Below are positions 60,886-64,000 of a DNA stretch of 64,000 nt, one piece after another. The notes beneath the pieces were generated by a model that searched no databases, had not been told where the DNA came from, and was given only the letters and a program-made list of their open reading frames with translations. The first letter of the stretch is position 1; every line of letters starts with the position of its first letter. The position numbers and the translations under genes were made by a program. The DNA is from Heteronotia binoei (taxonomy: Eukaryota), in NCBI RefSeq assembly GCF_032191835.1, contig NC_083235.1, positions 71,486,001 through 71,550,000 on the forward strand, written 5' to 3'.

Positions 60886-61547
60886 TCTCTCTCTCTCTCG
60901 GCTTGACTTCGCGAACGAAGATTTAAGAAGGGCGCAGTAGTCCACGTCTGCTGCAGGCTCGCTGGTGGCTGACAAGACCAATGCGGGACAGGCAGATCCG
61001 GCCACAGTGGCTGCAGGGAAAAGTCTGATTTGGGGTTGGTGCTGTAGCAGTGCGATTCTTCCTCAATCTCCTTTTGTCCTCAAGACCAGCTATGCGTGCG
61101 TTCTCAAAGGAAGAGACAGCCTGGTGGATGGTGTGCCTCCATGCTTTGCGATCTGAGGCTAGGTCAGACCACTGGTGATGGTTGATGCGACAGGTGCCAA
61201 GGGATTTCTTCAAGGAGTCCTTGTACCTCTTCTTTGTTGCCCCTCTATTTCGATGGCCGGTGGAAAGTTCGCCATACAGAGCAATCTTGGGAAGGCGGTG
61301 GTTTTCCATCCTAGACATATGCCCTGCCCAGCGCAGCTGCGTCTTCAACAGCAGTGCCTCGATGCTTGTAACCTCCGCCCTCTTGAGGACTTCAGTGTTG
61401 GTCACAAAGTCACTCCAGTGGATGTTAAGGATGGTGCGAAGGCAGCGCTGATGAAAGCGCTCAAGGAGTCGCAGGTGATGACGGTATAAAACCCACGATT
61501 CAGAGCCATAGATGAGGGTTGTCATCACAACCGTTTTGTAAACATTG
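60886..61547 (-). mobile_element. Young 5'-truncated RTE-clade LINE with an uninterrupted ORF2 C-terminus and C2H2 finger
   Basis: ORF 60923-61555 (YGSESW...LRWAGHMSRM...FPCSHCGRICLSRIGLVSHQRAC); (GA)n tail; perfect 10-bp TSD ACCGACATAC (60876-60885, 61548-61557). Confidence 0.93.
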
Positions 61548-62610
61548 ACCGACATACAGTGCTATGGAAAATGTAGTTCAGGGGTTATCCAGAACAAATT
61601 ATCATTGGCTTATATTAATTTTCTCTAGATTATTATGGAATAAAAGATGTGAAGATTGCCTGCACAATTTGTTCCGAGGAAATAATTTCCCCAGAACATT
61701 GCTGGAAGGGGGAGCAAAGAACTGTCGTTCTGGGCAGAGGATTTAAAATGACGCTTCTGGACGAGTGGGTCCCTTGAATTTAGTGGATCTGCATAAAAAA
61801 GACTGCAGGATTACATGTAGAGCCTTTTCAATGTATAGTGGAAGTTTGCCTTTTGCAGGCTGATGCTCTTGTTGGGCTTGTGTTCTTTAAATACAATTAC
61901 ATAATCAGACCAGAAAACAAGCTTATTTTTGCAAATAAGCTTCACTGTTGTTACGAGCGATAGAAAGTGACTACAAGGCTGCAGCGTAGTGTGCATTTAC
62001 TTGGGAGTAAGCCCAATAAGCCCTATTAAAAGCAGTGGGATTTATAACTGAACAAACATAGTTTTGGGAAGAAGACTCCGGTTCTAAGCCTACTTGCCAG
62101 GAAGCAACTTCTATTCCACAAGATCCAAAACCAGAGTATAACTTGTATTCGTCTCAAGAGGACATGCTTTCTCCCTGAACACATTTGATTAGACTGTAGA
62201 GCCTCAAACTGTTTCAAAGGCAGCCAGTTAATTGTAAAAGATCTAATAATATAAATATAGAGGGCTATTTTCCCCCAGGGGGAACGTGGTAGAATGGAGT
62301 TCCAGAACCTCTTCATGGAAACGGAATTCTCAAAAATGTTTAAAACCTGTGTGTTTCTCTTTCATTTCCCTCTTGAGAGTTTCGGCACCTCTTTTTCCAG
62401 AAAAAAGCCCTGTAAATGTATATAGGTTGTGTGAATAATGTGACCCATGGAGCACTTTTAAGGTGTCCAGCAGCTCCTGCACTGCATCCATTATTCCCTG
62501 CACTCTTCTGCCTGAATTTCACCTTGGAGGCAAAACCAAGTCTGTCACAGATATTCAGCCAAATTTTTAATTCTGCAGCAAATTGTGCTGCCAAAGCAGA
62601 GTTCCAACAG

Positions 62611-62878
62611 TAAGAACATAAGAGAAGCCATGTTGGATCAGGCCAACGGCCCATCAAGTCCAACACTCTGTGTCACACAGTGGCAAAAAATTTTACATAC
62701 ACACATACACTGTGGCTAATAGCCACTGATAGACCTGTGCTCCATATATTTATCTAAACCCTTCTTGAAGGTGGCTAACTTGTGGCCGCCACCACCTCCT
62801 GTGGCAGTGAATTCCACATGTTAAGCACCCTTTGGGTGAAGAAGTACTTCCTTTTATCCGTTTTAACTTGTCTGCTTG
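62611..62878 (-). mobile_element. CR1 3' fragment with a single terminal hairpin unit
   Basis: Reverse-complement match to 47310-47560. Confidence 0.9.
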
Positions 62879-63062
62879 TCTTGTAAATAATACCTCTGAT
62901 ATCACTCCAGCTCCCATTTTGGCTATAATAACTTTGAGAATCTCCAGAAGAGCATAAATACATCCCCTCCCCCAAAGAATGCCTGGCCTCACCACTGCAC
63001 ACTTTCAAGTCTCAGTGCAGCAAATATTTGAGAGCAGCTATAAAAGCACTGGACAGATTTAC

Positions 63063-63344
63063 AGAGCCAGTTTGGTGTAGTGGTGAAGTGTGCGGACTCT
63101 TACCTGGGAGAACCGGGTTTCATTCCCCACTCTTCCACTTGCACCTGCTGGAATGGCCTTGGGTCAGCCATAGCTCTAGCAGAGGTTGTCCTTGGAAGGG
63201 CAGCTGCTGTGAAAACCCTCTCAGCCCCACCCACCTCACAGGATGTCTCTTGTGGGAGGGGGAGGAAGGGAAAGGAGATTGTGAGCCACTCTGAAACTCT
63301 TCAGAGTGGAGGGCAGGATATAAATCCAATATCTTCTTCTTCTT
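63063..63344 (+). mobile_element. Squam3-like SINE, full length
   Basis: Same family as 23781-24057. Confidence 0.9.
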
Positions 63345-63729
63345 ATATAGTGCTGATCGTGAAAGCCCCTTTGGGGAAAACGGTATTGCAGAATCAGTCC
63401 ATATTGATCAGCCTCTGAAATATGTCCAGGTTAGCTTTGTATTTATACCTGGAGGTTCTTGTATTTTGGTACACTTAGTGCAGCTTAGGATCAGTTCTGA
63501 AAAAATATGGAGGGACAAACATCCTTCATTCACTTCAACATTTTGTGTGGAGTTTCGGATTAAGTAAGAGATGCCTTTGGTGATTTTGAAATTAGTATGC
63601 CACAAAGACCCTTCGGCGTGTGAGAAAGGGCCATGAGAACTAAGCACTGATGCAACTTTCTTGTCCTCGTGATCTGTTTAAGTTCACAGAATCAGATGAC
63701 AATATAGCCTCTGTTTAAAAACCTTCAAC

Positions 63730-64000
63730 GAAGGAGAGGCTACAACCCACTGAGGAAGCCTGTTCCACTAAGGAACCACTCTCACTGTTCTTCCTAATGT
63801 TAAGTCAAAAACTCTTCTGATTCAATTTCAACCTGTTGGTTCTGGTTTGACTTCCTTGAGGCAACAGAAAACAACTCCACACCATCCTCTCTAGGACAGC
63901 CCTTCCAGTACTTGAAGATGGTTATCATATCGCCTCTCAAATGTCTCCTCTCCAGGCTAAACATACCCAGCTCCTTCAGCCTTTCCTTATAGGACTTGGC
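63730..64000 (-). mobile_element. CR1 LINE fragment running off the right edge
   Basis: Minus strand aggctgaaggagctgggtatgtttagcctggagaggagacatttgagaggcgatatgata encodes the LGMFSLERR.LRGDMI motif. Confidence 0.85.

Overview
Vertebrate genomic DNA, most likely a squamate and probably a gecko, judged from the Squam1/Sauria/Squam3-type SINE content. It carries the conserved JMJD6-METTL23-SRSF2-MFSD11 housekeeping cluster. JMJD6 (-) has only coding exons 1-2 inside the window and continues off the left edge. METTL23 (+) has 5 coding exons (232 aa), SRSF2 (-) has 2 coding exons (221 aa) plus the autoregulatory 3'UTR architecture, and MFSD11 (+) has 13 coding exons (449 aa). All splice junctions were read manually, are GT-AG and keep frame. 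Introns and both head-to-head promoter regions are dense with transposons: L1, L2, CR1, RTE, Rex1/Babar, an unclassified LINE, Penelope relics, hAT and PIF/Harbinger-type MITEs, tRNA- and 5S-derived SINEs, and one solo LTR. I found no convincing wholly new biological system. The most notable observations are: (1) two N-gaps sit on the SRSF2 poison exon and the expected terminal-intron acceptor; (2) two oppositely oriented CR1 3'-hairpin tandem arrays bracket MFSD11 exon 11; (3) a sense solo LTR with TATA and AATAAA lies in the last MFSD11 intron; (4) both bidirectional promoters are split by transposon blocks; (5) an ORF1-plus-tail (HAL1-like) L1; (6) a chimeric hAT MITE. Comparisons with human genes and repeat-family names are from memory and were not database-checked.
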